Below, in pieces: positions 1 through 9,778 of a stretch of 20,000 nucleotides of DNA; positions within the stretch are counted from its first letter, which is position 1, and every line of letters begins with the position of its first letter. The notes below the pieces were generated by a model, which did not search any database, had not been told where the DNA came from, and worked only from the letters and a program-made list of their open reading frames with translations. The position numbers were made by a program, and so were the translations under genes. The DNA lies in IMG/VR virus record IMGVR_UViG_651053023_000007; one strand, 5' to 3'. The stretch is from an uncultured virus (IMG/VR IMGVR_UViG_651053023_000007). Taxonomy: Duplodnaviria > Heunggongvirae > Uroviricota > Caudoviricetes.

Positions 1-1305
1 GTCAAGATTCTGGCGCTGAATGAAGCTGCCGCCATCACGGCGGGAAGCAGTGATGAAGCCGGAAATAACGTGGTTAACCTGCTGGCAAAACTGACCAGTA
101 AGGATATTGAAACAGCGGCTGCGGGGATAAATTACAACGGTAAGGGAATCGACTTTTCCGGTACGCTGACTGAAGCACGTGAGAATGGACTTAATCCGAT
201 AGACGCGCTGTCCAGCCTGATAGACAAAATCGTTGCCAGCGATAAACGCTATCAGGAGCTGCAAAAGAAACTGGCCTCCGCCCGGGATAAAGGTGAGCAG
301 ACGGCTGTTTATGATTCGATGGCAACACTCCTTGAAGGCTTTGGTGTCGGAAAGCTGATTGCAGACCGTCAGGCGTTGATGGCGTTGTTAGCCTACCGTA
401 ACAACCCTGAATACCGGAAAAAGGTTGAAGACGCGATTAATCAGCAGCGCACCCTGCCGGAAGGTCAGCGCGCGGGTGATGTGGATTTTAAATTCATATC
501 AGATACGAATGATTTTAAAACCGAACAGGCTAAAAACACGCTTGAATTTTCACAAATGGACAGCGTGAAAAAGCTGGCGGATGCATCCGGTACTGTGGCC
601 GATGCCATAAGCTGGGCGGGTGAAAAATTTCCGGGACTGACCACAGCAGTCGTGGGTGCCACGACCGCCATTGAAGCGATGACCGCAGCAGCCCTGACAT
701 GGGCCGGGATCAAAATCCTGACCGGGGGTAAACCCGGTGGCAAGGCTGGCGAGGTTGTCGGTGATGTCATTGAAAACACGGTCAAAAAAGGCAAAGGATT
801 TAAATTCCCCGGCATTGCCGGTGGCCTGCTTTCTTTCGGTAGCACCGTTACGGCACTGGCCACTGCAACCAGCCCGGAAGAAGACGCCGCCGTCGAAGGA
901 AGCGAGGAGCGCTGGAAAAATATACGGGCTAAATATCCTCAGTGGCTGATTGATGCTGCCCGTGAAAAATATCAGCCGTGGTGGCAGTTTGGCGAAGGTT
1001 ACTCAACAGAAAACGAGAAATGGATCCAGCAGTATCTTGACGAACTGAAAAAAACCGGGGTTATCGCCGGTGATTCTCTGCCAACACCAGAACAAGTCCG
1101 ACAGCAAGCCGGAATGGCAGCGTCTGAAACGGCATCAAAGCAACCCGGACGCATCACCCAGCCGGAATACCTCACGCACTGGGGACCACCTGCCAGCCCC
1201 ATTAATTTCACCACACAACTGGTGCTCGATGGTCAGGTCGTGGCGGAAGCGGTGAATAAATACAACCTTCAGGACGGCAACAGAGGCACGGGAGGAACTT
1301 ACTGA
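1..1305 (+). CDS. Tail tape measure protein, C-terminal part (Mu gp42 position), 5' end outside window
   Basis: Frame 1 is open from base 1, so the GTG at 70 is probably not the true start. Ala/Gly-rich helical sequence with hydrophobic segments and C-terminal 'INFTTQLVLDGQVVAEAV' typical of tape measure ends. Its stop overlaps the ATG of the gp43-like gene. Confidence 0.85.
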   Translation, partial: VKILALNEAAAITAGSSDEAGNNVVNLLAKLTSKDIETAAAGINYNGKGIDFSGTLTEARENGLNPIDALSSLIDKIVASDKRYQELQKKLASARDKGEQTAVYDSMATLLEGFGVGKLIADRQALMALLAYRNNPEYRKKVEDAINQQRTLPEGQRAGDVDFKFISDTNDFKTEQAKNTLEFSQMDSVKKLADASGTVADAISWAGEKFPGLTTAVVGATTAIEAMTAAALTWAGIKILTGGKPGGKAGEVVGDVIENTVKKGKGFKFPGIAGGLLSFGSTVTALATATSPEEDAAVEGSEERWKNIRAKYPQWLIDAAREKYQPWWQFGEGYSTENEKWIQQYLDELKKTGVIAGDSLPTPEQVRQQAGMAASETASKQPGRITQPEYLTHWGPPASPINFTTQLVLDGQVVAEAVNKYNLQDGNRGTGGTY

Positions 1306-2654
1306 TGGGCTGGGCTGAAAACCTGCAAAACGCCTCCTTTCGTGGCGTGCAGTTTGATGTACTGAACACGGATGAACAAATCAGCCGCGACCATGCGGTC
1401 TATGAATACCCGTTTGTTGACGGGGCGGATTTGCACGACCTCGGGCGCAAGGCGCGACCGTTCCGCATGACGGCGTTCCTGTGGGGGGAGTATTACGAAT
1501 ATAAACTCGAAAAGCTGATCGCCGCCCTGGACGAAGGCGGCGATGGTGAGCTGATTCACCCGGTTTATGGCTCCGTTCCGTCGGTGATTGTGACCGGCTA
1601 CAGCATTCGCCATGACGCAGAAAGCCCGGACAGCTGCACCATCGACATGAGCTTTCTGGAGAACCGCACCGGCAGCGCGTTGTTCAGCACCCCGTTACCG
1701 GAGCTGTTTGCACAGCAGTTATTTGAAGAACTGGATAAGTTACTGGCACAGTTAAGCGAATTATTTGACGCTGTTACGGCCCCTTTAAAGACCATTAACA
1801 GCGTGATTAAAAAAATCCAGACAGTGCGCGCCACACTGGTAAATACCCTGCTGACGTTCAAAAGCGATTTTCTCTCATCCATCGACAATATGATGTCGCT
1901 GGCCAGCGAACCCGGGAAATTTATTGGCGGGCTGGCAGAGGTGCTGGAAATCCACACGTCAGATGTCGGGCACGCGGTGCCGGTGCTGGAGCGTACTGAT
2001 TCCGCCACCACGACCGGACTGACCGGGGAAGACAGCGTCGCCAGTTCTGCGACAGTGATGACCTGCTGGAATGAGGTGACGGCAGATATGGATGAGCTGG
2101 TCGCGCTGCCGGTCGCACTGGTCAGCGGTGATAAAACGCCGTCTGTGGCACTTCCGCCGGATGCGTCCGTGGAAGACGTGCAGGACGTGAAAGCGGCTTA
2201 TGCGGTTCTGGCAGCCTCAGAGCTGGCCAGCGTGGCGACGGCGATACTGTCCGATGAGGCCCAGTCAGAACAGCTTATACCGGCAGATATCGGGCGACTG
2301 GTCGGGGATGTGCGCACCCGCTTACAGGCAGCCATCACGCTGTTCCGTGAACGCTATGAAAGCGAACGCGAACGGATAACCGAAACCGCATCACCACTGG
2401 GGCTGATGTACCCGGAAATCATTCAGAGCATGAAGAACGTGGCGGCATCCGTGCAGGATGTCGGCCTGCTGGTTCTGTCACGCCGCCCACCGCTGACGCA
2501 GAAACAGGTGCAGGCGGACAGCTGTCTGCTGTTGCTGGCGTGGCAGTGGTACGGTGATTACAGCCGTGCGGCAGAGCTGCAACGTCTGAACCCGCAGCTG
2601 CGTGACCCGAACAACATAACCGCCGGGATGGTGATTAATGCCTACGCAAAATAA
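1305..2654 (+). CDS. Mu gp43-like DNA circularisation N-terminal domain tail protein
   Basis: N-terminus 'W..LQNASFRGVQFDV...HAVYEYPFVDGADLHDLGRKAR...GELIHPVYG' is the DNA_circ_N signature. C-terminus 'LAWQWYGDYSRAAELQRLNP' is LysM/tail-X-like. SD GGAGG upstream. Confidence 0.92.
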   Translation: MGWAENLQNASFRGVQFDVLNTDEQISRDHAVYEYPFVDGADLHDLGRKARPFRMTAFLWGEYYEYKLEKLIAALDEGGDGELIHPVYGSVPSVIVTGYSIRHDAESPDSCTIDMSFLENRTGSALFSTPLPELFAQQLFEELDKLLAQLSELFDAVTAPLKTINSVIKKIQTVRATLVNTLLTFKSDFLSSIDNMMSLASEPGKFIGGLAEVLEIHTSDVGHAVPVLERTDSATTTGLTGEDSVASSATVMTCWNEVTADMDELVALPVALVSGDKTPSVALPPDASVEDVQDVKAAYAVLAASELASVATAILSDEAQSEQLIPADIGRLVGDVRTRLQAAITLFRERYESERERITETASPLGLMYPEIIQSMKNVAASVQDVGLLVLSRRPPLTQKQVQADSCLLLLAWQWYGDYSRAAELQRLNPQLRDPNNITAGMVINAYAK

Positions 2655-3849
2655 CGACGACAAAATCAGTCTGGTCATTGCCGGAAGGTCGCATTCTGAC
2701 TGGAGCAGTTACCGTATTGACAGTGATTTCCTGAAAGCTGCCGACGGCTGGCAGCTTCAGTTGGGACTGCCTGAAAAGGTGTTCCCGGCGGATATCGTCC
2801 GGGGTGCGCCAGTCCGGTTGCAGGTGGGAGACGAAACGGTGCTCAGTGGTCGCGTGGACAGCGTGCGCCGCAGTGTATCCCGTCAGAGCTGCACGCTGAC
2901 GCTGTCCGGGCGTGATGATGCCGCCATTCTGGTGGACTGTGCCGCGCCGGTGTTCAGCGCCAACCAGCTGACACTGGACGAGGTCATCGACAGGATAGTC
3001 AGACCGCTGGGGATACAGCGCATTCGTATTCAGGCGTCCGGTGTGTCACGTAATGACAAGGTCGTTATAGAGCCGGGGATGCGTGCGTGGGATGCACTGG
3101 CTAAAGCTGCCGCCGGTCGCGGCTTATGGCCGTGGTTTGAGCCTGACGGGACGCTGGTTGTGGGTGGCCCTGACTACACCACCACGCCGGTGGATACGCT
3201 GATTCTGAAGCTGGACGGCACCGGGAACAACGTGATGGAGCTGGATGATACCCGGTCCATTAACGGCTGCTTCTCCGAACTTACAGTGCTGGCACAGAGC
3301 CACGCCCGCCGCGCAGACAGCAAAAAGCAGCTGGCCACAGTGCCACTGGATATCTGGAACGAGGACGGCAGCGTGCGCACATTATCCGGGCGGGACGGCG
3401 GTAATACGGACAATGGCCAGACAGGCATTCATAACATGAAAGCTGTGGCCACCGACCCCACCGTGGATTATTACCGCCCGCAGATTATCACTCAGGGTGA
3501 CACCAGCAACCTGGAGCAGGTGAACTGGCGCGCCAAAAAAATGATGAGTGATGCCCGTCTGTCGGGGCTGGATATCGTCGCACTGGTTGCAGGTCATCGC
3601 ACGGCGGACGGTGTCCTGTGGCAGCCCGGCCAGCGTGTGCGGATTGTCAGCGAACCCCACGGCATCGACGCCATCTTTTTCCTGATGGGGCGTGAGTTCA
3701 GCGGAGGCCGTAACGGGAAGACAACCCGGCTCCGATTTAAGGAGGACGGCGTGTGGATACCTGACGCCTTCCCGCGCGAGAAGAAACGCCATCACCGCAG
3801 GGGCAAAAAGAAAAAAGAGGTCGCCATTGTTAAGGTCTGGGAGAAATGA
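2638..3849 (+). CDS. Baseplate hub protein (Mu gp44/P family)
   Basis: Motifs 'WSSYRIDSDFLKAADGWQL', 'LSGRDDAAILVDCAAP' and 'GHRTADGVLWQPGQRV', plus position between gp43 and the spike. Confidence 0.9.
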   Translation: MPTQNNDDKISLVIAGRSHSDWSSYRIDSDFLKAADGWQLQLGLPEKVFPADIVRGAPVRLQVGDETVLSGRVDSVRRSVSRQSCTLTLSGRDDAAILVDCAAPVFSANQLTLDEVIDRIVRPLGIQRIRIQASGVSRNDKVVIEPGMRAWDALAKAAAGRGLWPWFEPDGTLVVGGPDYTTTPVDTLILKLDGTGNNVMELDDTRSINGCFSELTVLAQSHARRADSKKQLATVPLDIWNEDGSVRTLSGRDGGNTDNGQTGIHNMKAVATDPTVDYYRPQIITQGDTSNLEQVNWRAKKMMSDARLSGLDIVALVAGHRTADGVLWQPGQRVRIVSEPHGIDAIFFLMGREFSGGRNGKTTRLRFKEDGVWIPDAFPREKKRHHRRGKKKKEVAIVKVWEK

Positions 3850-4499
3850 TGTGGGACAAAGTTAATCAGCGCGTACAGCAGGCACTGGCCGCCGTTCGCC
3901 AGGCATTCAGGGTGGTGACCGGTACGGTGGACAGTTCGACCAAAGTACAGTTGCTTCAGCTGAACGGGCTGGCAGGCGAACAGCTGGATGGTGCGGAGTA
4001 TTTCCAGCATTACGGCCTCACCACATCTCCGCCACCCGGCTCGATGGGTATTGCCGTTCCGCTGAACGGCAATACCTCCCATACCGTCGTCGTGGCCACA
4101 GAGCACGGCGCATATCGCCTGACGGAACTGAAACCCGGCGAGGTGGCCCTGTATACCGATGAAGGCGCGAAAATCGTACTGAAACGCGGGCGGGTTGTTG
4201 AAACGGACTGTGACGTTTACCGGGTGAAATGCAAACGCTATGAGGTTGAGGCAGAGGAAAGTGCCGCATTCACGACACCGTTACTGACGGCCAGCGATAA
4301 GCTGACGGTGGAAGGTAAAATCACCGGCAACGGTGGCATGGCCATCAGTGGGGGCAAGAAATACGCCGCCACCTTTGAAGGCAACATCAACCATGTGGGT
4401 GGTGTGATTACCTCCGTTGACGTCACCGTTAATGGCGTTAAAATCGGAACGCATAAACACGATACCCCTCACGGCATATCTGGTCTGCCGCATAATTAA
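3846..4499 (+). CDS. Baseplate spike protein (Mu gp45 / gpV family)
   Basis: 'EYFQHYGLTTSPPPG', 'YRLTELKPGEVALYTDEG' and C-terminal HxH metal-binding apex 'GTHKHDTPHG'. Confidence 0.92.
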   Translation: MMWDKVNQRVQQALAAVRQAFRVVTGTVDSSTKVQLLQLNGLAGEQLDGAEYFQHYGLTTSPPPGSMGIAVPLNGNTSHTVVVATEHGAYRLTELKPGEVALYTDEGAKIVLKRGRVVETDCDVYRVKCKRYEVEAEESAAFTTPLLTASDKLTVEGKITGNGGMAISGGKKYAATFEGNINHVGGVITSVDVTVNGVKIGTHKHDTPHGISGLPHN

Positions 4500-4558
4500 G
4501 TGCTGAACCCCCTCACCTGATTCTGACCTGTCCATGCTGCCAGACTGGCGGCATGGAC
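4500..4558 (+). promoter_or_regulatory. Candidate internal late promoter / hairpin over the gp46 start codon
   Basis: Only sizeable intergenic gap (53 bp) in the baseplate operon. No Shine-Dalgarno before ATG 4553. A -10-like CAGACT lies at 4541-4546. An inverted repeat 4530-4543/4545-4558 includes the ATG. Confidence 0.4.
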
Positions 4559-4903
4559 CAGACGATTTCACCTGCAACCGGCGACTACGAACGCCGCCGG
4601 ATTTATACACTCCATAACGCGGTTTATCTGCGACTGGCGACACCGCTTGGCAGTTACTGGGCGGATGCGTCGCTGGGGTCACGCCTGCACGAACTGAAGC
4701 GGGAAAAAGACGTTTCCCGTGTTCACAGGCTGGCGGCGCAGTATGCCAGCCAGGCACTTCAGCCCCTGCTTGATGACGGGCGGGCAAAATCCATTACCGT
4801 TGACACGAAAGCGGGCCAGCGCGGCTGGTTGTTGCTGTTAATCACTGTCACGGATAACGCGGGCACACCGCAGACGTTTGAACACCCTGTGAGGATTATG
4901 TAA
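4553..4903 (+). CDS. Baseplate protein Mu gp46 family
   Basis: 'NAVYLRLATPLGSYWAD..LGSRLHELKREK...AAQYASQALQPLLDDGRA' GP46 motif and position after the spike. Confidence 0.9.
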   Translation: MDQTISPATGDYERRRIYTLHNAVYLRLATPLGSYWADASLGSRLHELKREKDVSRVHRLAAQYASQALQPLLDDGRAKSITVDTKAGQRGWLLLLITVTDNAGTPQTFEHPVRIM

Positions 4904-5982
4904 TGCCGTTTCCTGTTCCGGGCGTTGCTGAAAACACAGAACGCCAGCTACGTGATATCGCTAACGCCCTGCCGGGAGAAACCATCGACACCGGCGCTGA
5001 CAGCGATTACCGCATTCGTGCAAATGCCGTATCCGGCGTGGCGGACGGGCTTTATATGCATCAGGGATGGATCCTCCGTCAGGTGTTTCCTGACACGGCA
5101 GACCCTGAATATCTGGAGCTGCACTGCCGTACGCGCAATGTTTTTCGTAAAAAAGCAACGGCCTCATCCGGTCCGGTAGTGATTACCGGCACACCCGGTA
5201 AGACGCTGCCAGCCGGTGCGGAAATTCGTGGTGAAGGTGTCAGCGTGACCACCACAGCAGACTGCACCGTCGGCGATGAAGGCAGTGCAGAGGTGACGGT
5301 AAAAAGCTCCGCCACGGGTGCACAGACGAACGCATCCGCAACGCAGACGGCAACGCTGGTCAGCCCGCCGGAAGGCATCAACAGCACGGTGACGATTAAA
5401 TCCCTGACCGGCGGAACGGACAGGGAAAGCGACGCCGACCTGCTGGCGCGTTATCTGGATATTCTGCGCAGGCCGCCCGCTGGCGGTAACAAATATGATT
5501 ACAAACGCTGGGCGCTGGAAGTGGATGGCGTTACGTCTGCGTATGTGGAGCCGTTGCGTCGTGGACTGGGGACGGTTGATGTGGCCATTACGTCAGCCAA
5601 TGACCTCCCTTCGCAGGAACTGATTAATGCCGTGCTGGCACATATTGAGGAAGTCCGCCCGGTCACAGCGAAAGACACGATGGTACTGGCCCCGACGAAA
5701 AAAGCCGTTGATTTCGTTGTCCGGGTAAAAACCAGCGGCCTGACCGTTGAGCAGATAAAACCGCAGATAACTGACGTTATCACGGATTTTATGAACCGGC
5801 TGGAGCCGGGGCAGGAATTAATTATTTCACAACTGGAAACCCAGATTTCATTAATTTCCGGTGTCAGTGACCGGCGAATCATTACGCCAGCAGACAATGT
5901 AAAAGCCATTATTAACGCGTCAACGTGGGAATGGCTGCGTCCGGGAAATATTGATATTCAGTCCTTTCCGCGTGAGGGGTGA
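4903..5982 (+). CDS. Baseplate wedge protein J / Mu gp47 family
   Basis: 'QVFPDTADPEYLELH', 'GGTDRESDADLLARYL...PPAGGNKYDYKRWALEVDGV' and 'RRGLGTVDV' Baseplate_J motifs. Confidence 0.93.
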   Translation: MPFPVPGVAENTERQLRDIANALPGETIDTGADSDYRIRANAVSGVADGLYMHQGWILRQVFPDTADPEYLELHCRTRNVFRKKATASSGPVVITGTPGKTLPAGAEIRGEGVSVTTTADCTVGDEGSAEVTVKSSATGAQTNASATQTATLVSPPEGINSTVTIKSLTGGTDRESDADLLARYLDILRRPPAGGNKYDYKRWALEVDGVTSAYVEPLRRGLGTVDVAITSANDLPSQELINAVLAHIEEVRPVTAKDTMVLAPTKKAVDFVVRVKTSGLTVEQIKPQITDVITDFMNRLEPGQELIISQLETQISLISGVSDRRIITPADNVKAIINASTWEWLRPGNIDIQSFPREG

Positions 5983-5985
5983 TTC

Positions 5986-6558
5986 ATGAATATGGTCGAT
6001 TTATTTCGCGCCATGCTGCCGCCTGTCAGTTATGACCAGAACGGAAAATATATTTCCGCAGAACTGATGGCCGAGGCTAACGTCATGGAGGCCGTGAAGG
6101 CATCAGCGGCGAGTGTTCTGGCACAAATCACCCCATTGCAGGCATCGATGACGCTGTCTGACTGGGAGCGCGTGTACGGTGTTGTCCCCCGTGAAGGTGC
6201 CACGCAACAGGAGAGGCGGCAGAACATCCAGGTCAGGATGGCTGCCACTGGCGGGCTGTCAATTCCTTACTTTAAGAGTCTTGCCGCCAGCCTGGGCTAC
6301 ACCATCACCATTACGGAGCCGCGAGCGTTCCGGGTGGGGATAAATCGCTGCGGTGACCGTCTGCTGATACCGGAAATCCGCTGGGTGTGGCAGGTCAATG
6401 TTATCGGGACAAAAACGCCGGTCTACCGTTTCAGAACGGGGGCATCGGCAACCGGCGAACCGCTGACGGCCTTTGGTGAATCCATTTTAGAAAACACGTT
6501 TAAAGACCTTAAACCGGCTTTTACAGACTGTTATTTCACATATGAGGTGGAGGAATAA
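5986..6558 (+). CDS. Baseplate wedge protein Mu gp48 / YmfQ (DUF2313) family
   Basis: 'LSDWERVYG', '[23 protein letters not shown]', '[12 protein letters not shown]' and 'LKPAFT' motifs. Follows the J-like gene. Confidence 0.9.
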   Translation: MNMVDLFRAMLPPVSYDQNGKYISAELMAEANVMEAVKASAASVLAQITPLQASMTLSDWERVYGVVPREGATQQERRQNIQVRMAATGGLSIPYFKSLAASLGYTITITEPRAFRVGINRCGDRLLIPEIRWVWQVNVIGTKTPVYRFRTGASATGEPLTAFGESILENTFKDLKPAFTDCYFTYEVEE

Positions 6559-7541
6559 TGCAGAATTTAATGCCTCCGGTGAATACGCCGGATAAGCTAT
6601 TTCATGATGGTGACCCCACTCAGGGAATTGAGGGAACCATCGTTTACGCCGAATATATGAATAATCATCAGGCGGCAACGCGCGATTTGCAGCAGGAGGT
6701 GATTAACGTCCTTAAAGAGGCTGGCGTAACCCCGGATCCGAAAAAACAGAATCAACTGGTTGAGGCGCTGGCCTTATATGTCGGGAAAAAAGTTCCTGAC
6801 GCATCATTAACGAAGAAGGGTATCGTTCAGCTCAGTAGTGCAACAGACAGTGATTCAGAAGAACTGGCTGCCACCCCAAAGGCAATAAAGGCGTTAGCAA
6901 AAAAAATTGCTGATTTACAGGGTACGGCTTTACCGGTCGGGACACCAATCCCGTGGCCATCTGATTCTGTGCCATCCGGTTATGCCTTAATGCAGGGGCA
7001 AAGTTTTGATAAAGGCTCTTACCCTAAACTTGCGGTTGCCTATCCGTCCGGGGTTATTCCTGATATGCGCGGCTGGACTATCAAGGGTAAGCCTGCCAGT
7101 GGTCGTGCCGTATTGTCTCAGGAACAGGATGGCATCAAGTCGCATACCCACAGTGCCAGTGCGTCAAATACCGATTTAGGAACGAAAACGACAAGTTCAT
7201 TTGACTACGGCACCAAGACAGTCAGCACGTTTAACCACGGCACAAAATCAACAAATAACACAGGAAATCATACGCACAGTGTCGGTGGTGTTTATGGCGG
7301 CGACTCTATCGGCGGAAAACAACGTGTGCAGGCGTCAGGGAGCAATCAGATTTCCAGTACTGCCGGAGCACATGCTCATACTGTCGATATTGGTCAGCAT
7401 AACCACACCGTAGGTATTGGTGCCCATGCACACACTGTGGCATTGGGTGCGCACGGGCACACCATCACGGTAAATCCAACAGGCAATACCGAAAACACCG
7501 TCAAAAACATTGCATATAACTATATTGTGAGGCTGGCATAA
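6558..7541 (+). CDS. Tail fibre 1: Mu gp49-type baseplate anchor, fibre repeat, collar domain and His-rich lambda Stf/T4 gp37-like tip
   Basis: N-term '[15 protein letters not shown]...MNNHQ'. Repeat '[29 protein letters not shown]'. Collar '[32 protein letters not shown]'. Repeated HxH motifs and terminal '[16 protein letters not shown]'. Confidence 0.92.
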   Translation: MQNLMPPVNTPDKLFHDGDPTQGIEGTIVYAEYMNNHQAATRDLQQEVINVLKEAGVTPDPKKQNQLVEALALYVGKKVPDASLTKKGIVQLSSATDSDSEELAATPKAIKALAKKIADLQGTALPVGTPIPWPSDSVPSGYALMQGQSFDKGSYPKLAVAYPSGVIPDMRGWTIKGKPASGRAVLSQEQDGIKSHTHSASASNTDLGTKTTSSFDYGTKTVSTFNHGTKSTNNTGNHTHSVGGVYGGDSIGGKQRVQASGSNQISSTAGAHAHTVDIGQHNHTVGIGAHAHTVALGAHGHTITVNPTGNTENTVKNIAYNYIVRLA

Positions 7542-8116
7542 TGACTTTCAAAATGAGTGCAGAAGCACAAACCATTCGTGTATTTAATTATCTCGATGGC
7601 ACAAATGAATTTATTGGCGAAAGCGACGCATATATTCCACCTCATACAGGTCTGCCAGCTAATTCAACAGATATTGCGCCTCCTGATATTCCGGCGGGTT
7701 TTGCTGCCGTGTTTAATGCTGATGAAATGAAATGGCATCTGATGGAAGACCACCGAGGGAAAACGGTTTATTCAACAGAAACCGGAGTAGCTGTAACAGT
7801 GTCTGAACTGGGAAGCCTTCCTGAAAATGTGACTTCTGTTTCTCCTGATGGCGAATACCAACGCTGGAATGGCAGTCAGTGGGTGACAGATGAAGAAGCC
7901 AGGCGTAATGCGCTGATAAATCAGGCGGCAGAGAAGAAAGCGGGTCTGCTTAAACAGATGGGAGAGCAAATCGCCGTTTTACAGGATGCCGTTGATTTTG
8001 GTGAAGCGACGCCAGAAGAACAGGAACAGCTGACAGCCCTCAGGAAATTACGAATAAAGTTAAATCGCATTCAACCGGAAAACGCGCCAGATATTGACTG
8101 GTCAGACTTTGAATAA
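7541..8116 (+). CDS. tfa: Tail fibre assembly chaperone, lambda Tfa-like (Caudo_TAP)
   Basis: 'MTFKMS...[43 protein letters not shown]' closely resembles the lambda Tfa N-terminus. C-term 'LQDAVD...AT.EE...APDIDW'. Coupled to the fibre gene by TAATG. Confidence 0.92.
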   Translation: MTFKMSAEAQTIRVFNYLDGTNEFIGESDAYIPPHTGLPANSTDIAPPDIPAGFAAVFNADEMKWHLMEDHRGKTVYSTETGVAVTVSELGSLPENVTSVSPDGEYQRWNGSQWVTDEEARRNALINQAAEKKAGLLKQMGEQIAVLQDAVDFGEATPEEQEQLTALRKLRIKLNRIQPENAPDIDWSDFE

Positions 8117-8123
8117 ATCAGAC

Positions 8124-8145
8124 AGCCGCCCGCAGGCGGCTTTTT
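8124..8145 (+). terminator. Rho-independent terminator
   Basis: AGCCGCC-CGCA-GGCGGCT stem-loop followed by a T run, 7 nt after the tfa stop. Confidence 0.75.
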
Positions 8146-8161
8146 ATCATTCAGAGGTTTT

Positions 8162-9778
8162 ATGTCTGTATTAATCTCAGGCGCGCTTATTAATGGCGCT
8201 GGCGTTCCGATGGCGGAATGCAAAATTTATTTAGATGCACTGGTTAATACCAGTGAGGTGGTCACTGAATCATTCGCGGTTATTGAAACCGATGCGGCGG
8301 GACAGTATGCCTTTGAAGCGCAAAAAGGCAAATACACCGTACACATCAAGCAAAAGAACGGCCCCAAGTGCTGCGTGGGTGATATCGCTGTATACGATGA
8401 CTCAAAGCCCGGCACACTGAATGATTTTCTGACCGCCCCCAATGAAGGCGACCTCAAACCCGACGTGGTGAAACGCTTTGAGGAAATGGTGGCGCAGGCG
8501 CAGCAGAGCGCGGAAGCGGCAGCGGAAAGCGAACGACAGGCCGGGCAACACGCAGCTGATGCGCAGAAGATTAAGGGTGATTGCCAGACGCTGGCAGATA
8601 ATGTTCAGCAGAATACAAATGCTGTGGAGGAAAACACGCAGCGCGTTGAACAGCTGGCCTCAGAAGTTGAGCTGAACGCCGGGCAGGTGCAGCAGGGCGT
8701 GCAGAATGTTACTGATGCGGTAAAAAAGGCGCAGCAGGCAGCAAAGAATTCTGCTGACAGTGCCACTGACTCAAAAAACAGTGCTGACAACGCCGCCCTG
8801 AGCGAACAGAACGCACAAAAACACGCGCAGAAAGCTGAACAACATGAGCAGCAGACTAAACAATATGCGCAGGATGCAGCGACCGCCGCAGAATCAGCAG
8901 AGAACGCCAAAGGCGAAATTGACGAAATTCTGGATGGCGGCTATCTCAAGATAAAAAACAACTTTCAGGAAATTGTTGATGCTGGCCCCTCAGCACTGGC
9001 TCAGGCCCAATGGAATTTACAGATTTCCGGGGTGAAAAATAAACAGGTAATTGCCACCCCTTATACATGGCCATCCAGAACTGAGTATGAACAAAGGGTG
9101 CATCTGCCACTCGCCGGGGCTTACGGATTTGGCTACACGTTTGAAGACAAAAGCCAGGGACGTATAAACCTTAGCGAAAGTTACACCGGCTCCTGGTGGT
9201 CACAGTGGGTAAAGCCGGGGCGTTATTACGTTACAACCAGTGATAAACAATATCTGACACCAGACGGGTACACGTACGGGGTTGTTGATGTGCTGTGGCT
9301 TAACGGTAACGCATATAATGACGCTTCGCAGGTTCTTAAAATACTGGCTTTTTACGATGGTGACGGATGCCTGCATATCGGCAAGCGCGTTGGTCAGAGC
9401 AACTGGTCAATAAGCTGGCGCAAGCTGACATCGCTCCCTGATGTCAGGGCCATGCTGTATTCATATATTTATAATAATTACAACAGAGAATGGCGTGACC
9501 CGGAGCTGGGAGGTTTAATTCTGGCGTCATACCAGGGAACCGCAGACGGCGACACAAATATAAAAGTATCCCGTGGTCAGACTTATCCCGGCTCACGACT
9601 TGCACCTGTGGCGATAGAATGCCAGTTCACTCCATCCGGTACGTATGCCGCAACACCGCGATTCCATATTACCGGCTGCAAGAGCAAATCACTCCCCGGA
9701 ACTTATATTTCACTGTCTGGAGCACCCACAACATACAGCGACCAGGCTTTTGTGGCGCTATTCATGAGGATTGCATGA
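8162..9778 (+). CDS. Tail fibre 2: lambda Stf-type N-terminal (Phage_tail_N) domain, coiled-coil stalk, variable C-terminus
   Basis: 'MSVLISGAL..GAGVPM...GDIAVYDDSKPGTLNDFL' resembles the lambda Stf N-terminus. Ala/Gln/Glu-rich heptad region follows. SD GAGG. Paralogue at 18025-19428. Confidence 0.88.
   Translation: MSVLISGALINGAGVPMAECKIYLDALVNTSEVVTESFAVIETDAAGQYAFEAQKGKYTVHIKQKNGPKCCVGDIAVYDDSKPGTLNDFLTAPNEGDLKPDVVKRFEEMVAQAQQSAEAAAESERQAGQHAADAQKIKGDCQTLADNVQQNTNAVEENTQRVEQLASEVELNAGQVQQGVQNVTDAVKKAQQAAKNSADSATDSKNSADNAALSEQNAQKHAQKAEQHEQQTKQYAQDAATAAESAENAKGEIDEILDGGYLKIKNNFQEIVDAGPSALAQAQWNLQISGVKNKQVIATPYTWPSRTEYEQRVHLPLAGAYGFGYTFEDKSQGRINLSESYTGSWWSQWVKPGRYYVTTSDKQYLTPDGYTYGVVDVLWLNGNAYNDASQVLKILAFYDGDGCLHIGKRVGQSNWSISWRKLTSLPDVRAMLYSYIYNNYNREWRDPELGGLILASYQGTADGDTNIKVSRGQTYPGSRLAPVAIECQFTPSGTYAATPRFHITGCKSKSLPGTYISLSGAPTTYSDQAFVALFMRIA
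8494..8661 (+). repeat. Direct repeat shared with 18357-18524 (identical blocks of 48 bp and 74 bp)
   Basis: Read by eye: 8494-8541 = 18357-18404 and 8588-8661 = 18451-18524. The offset 9863 is constant and equals the offset between the two start codons. Confidence 0.9.

Noticed and set aside
9619..9777. ORF-track N-terminal extension of the DUF4376 gene (242 aa from 9619)
   Set aside because: Overlaps fibre 2 by about 160 nt. The paralogue at 19428 and the SD at 9766-9770 place the start at 9775/9778.
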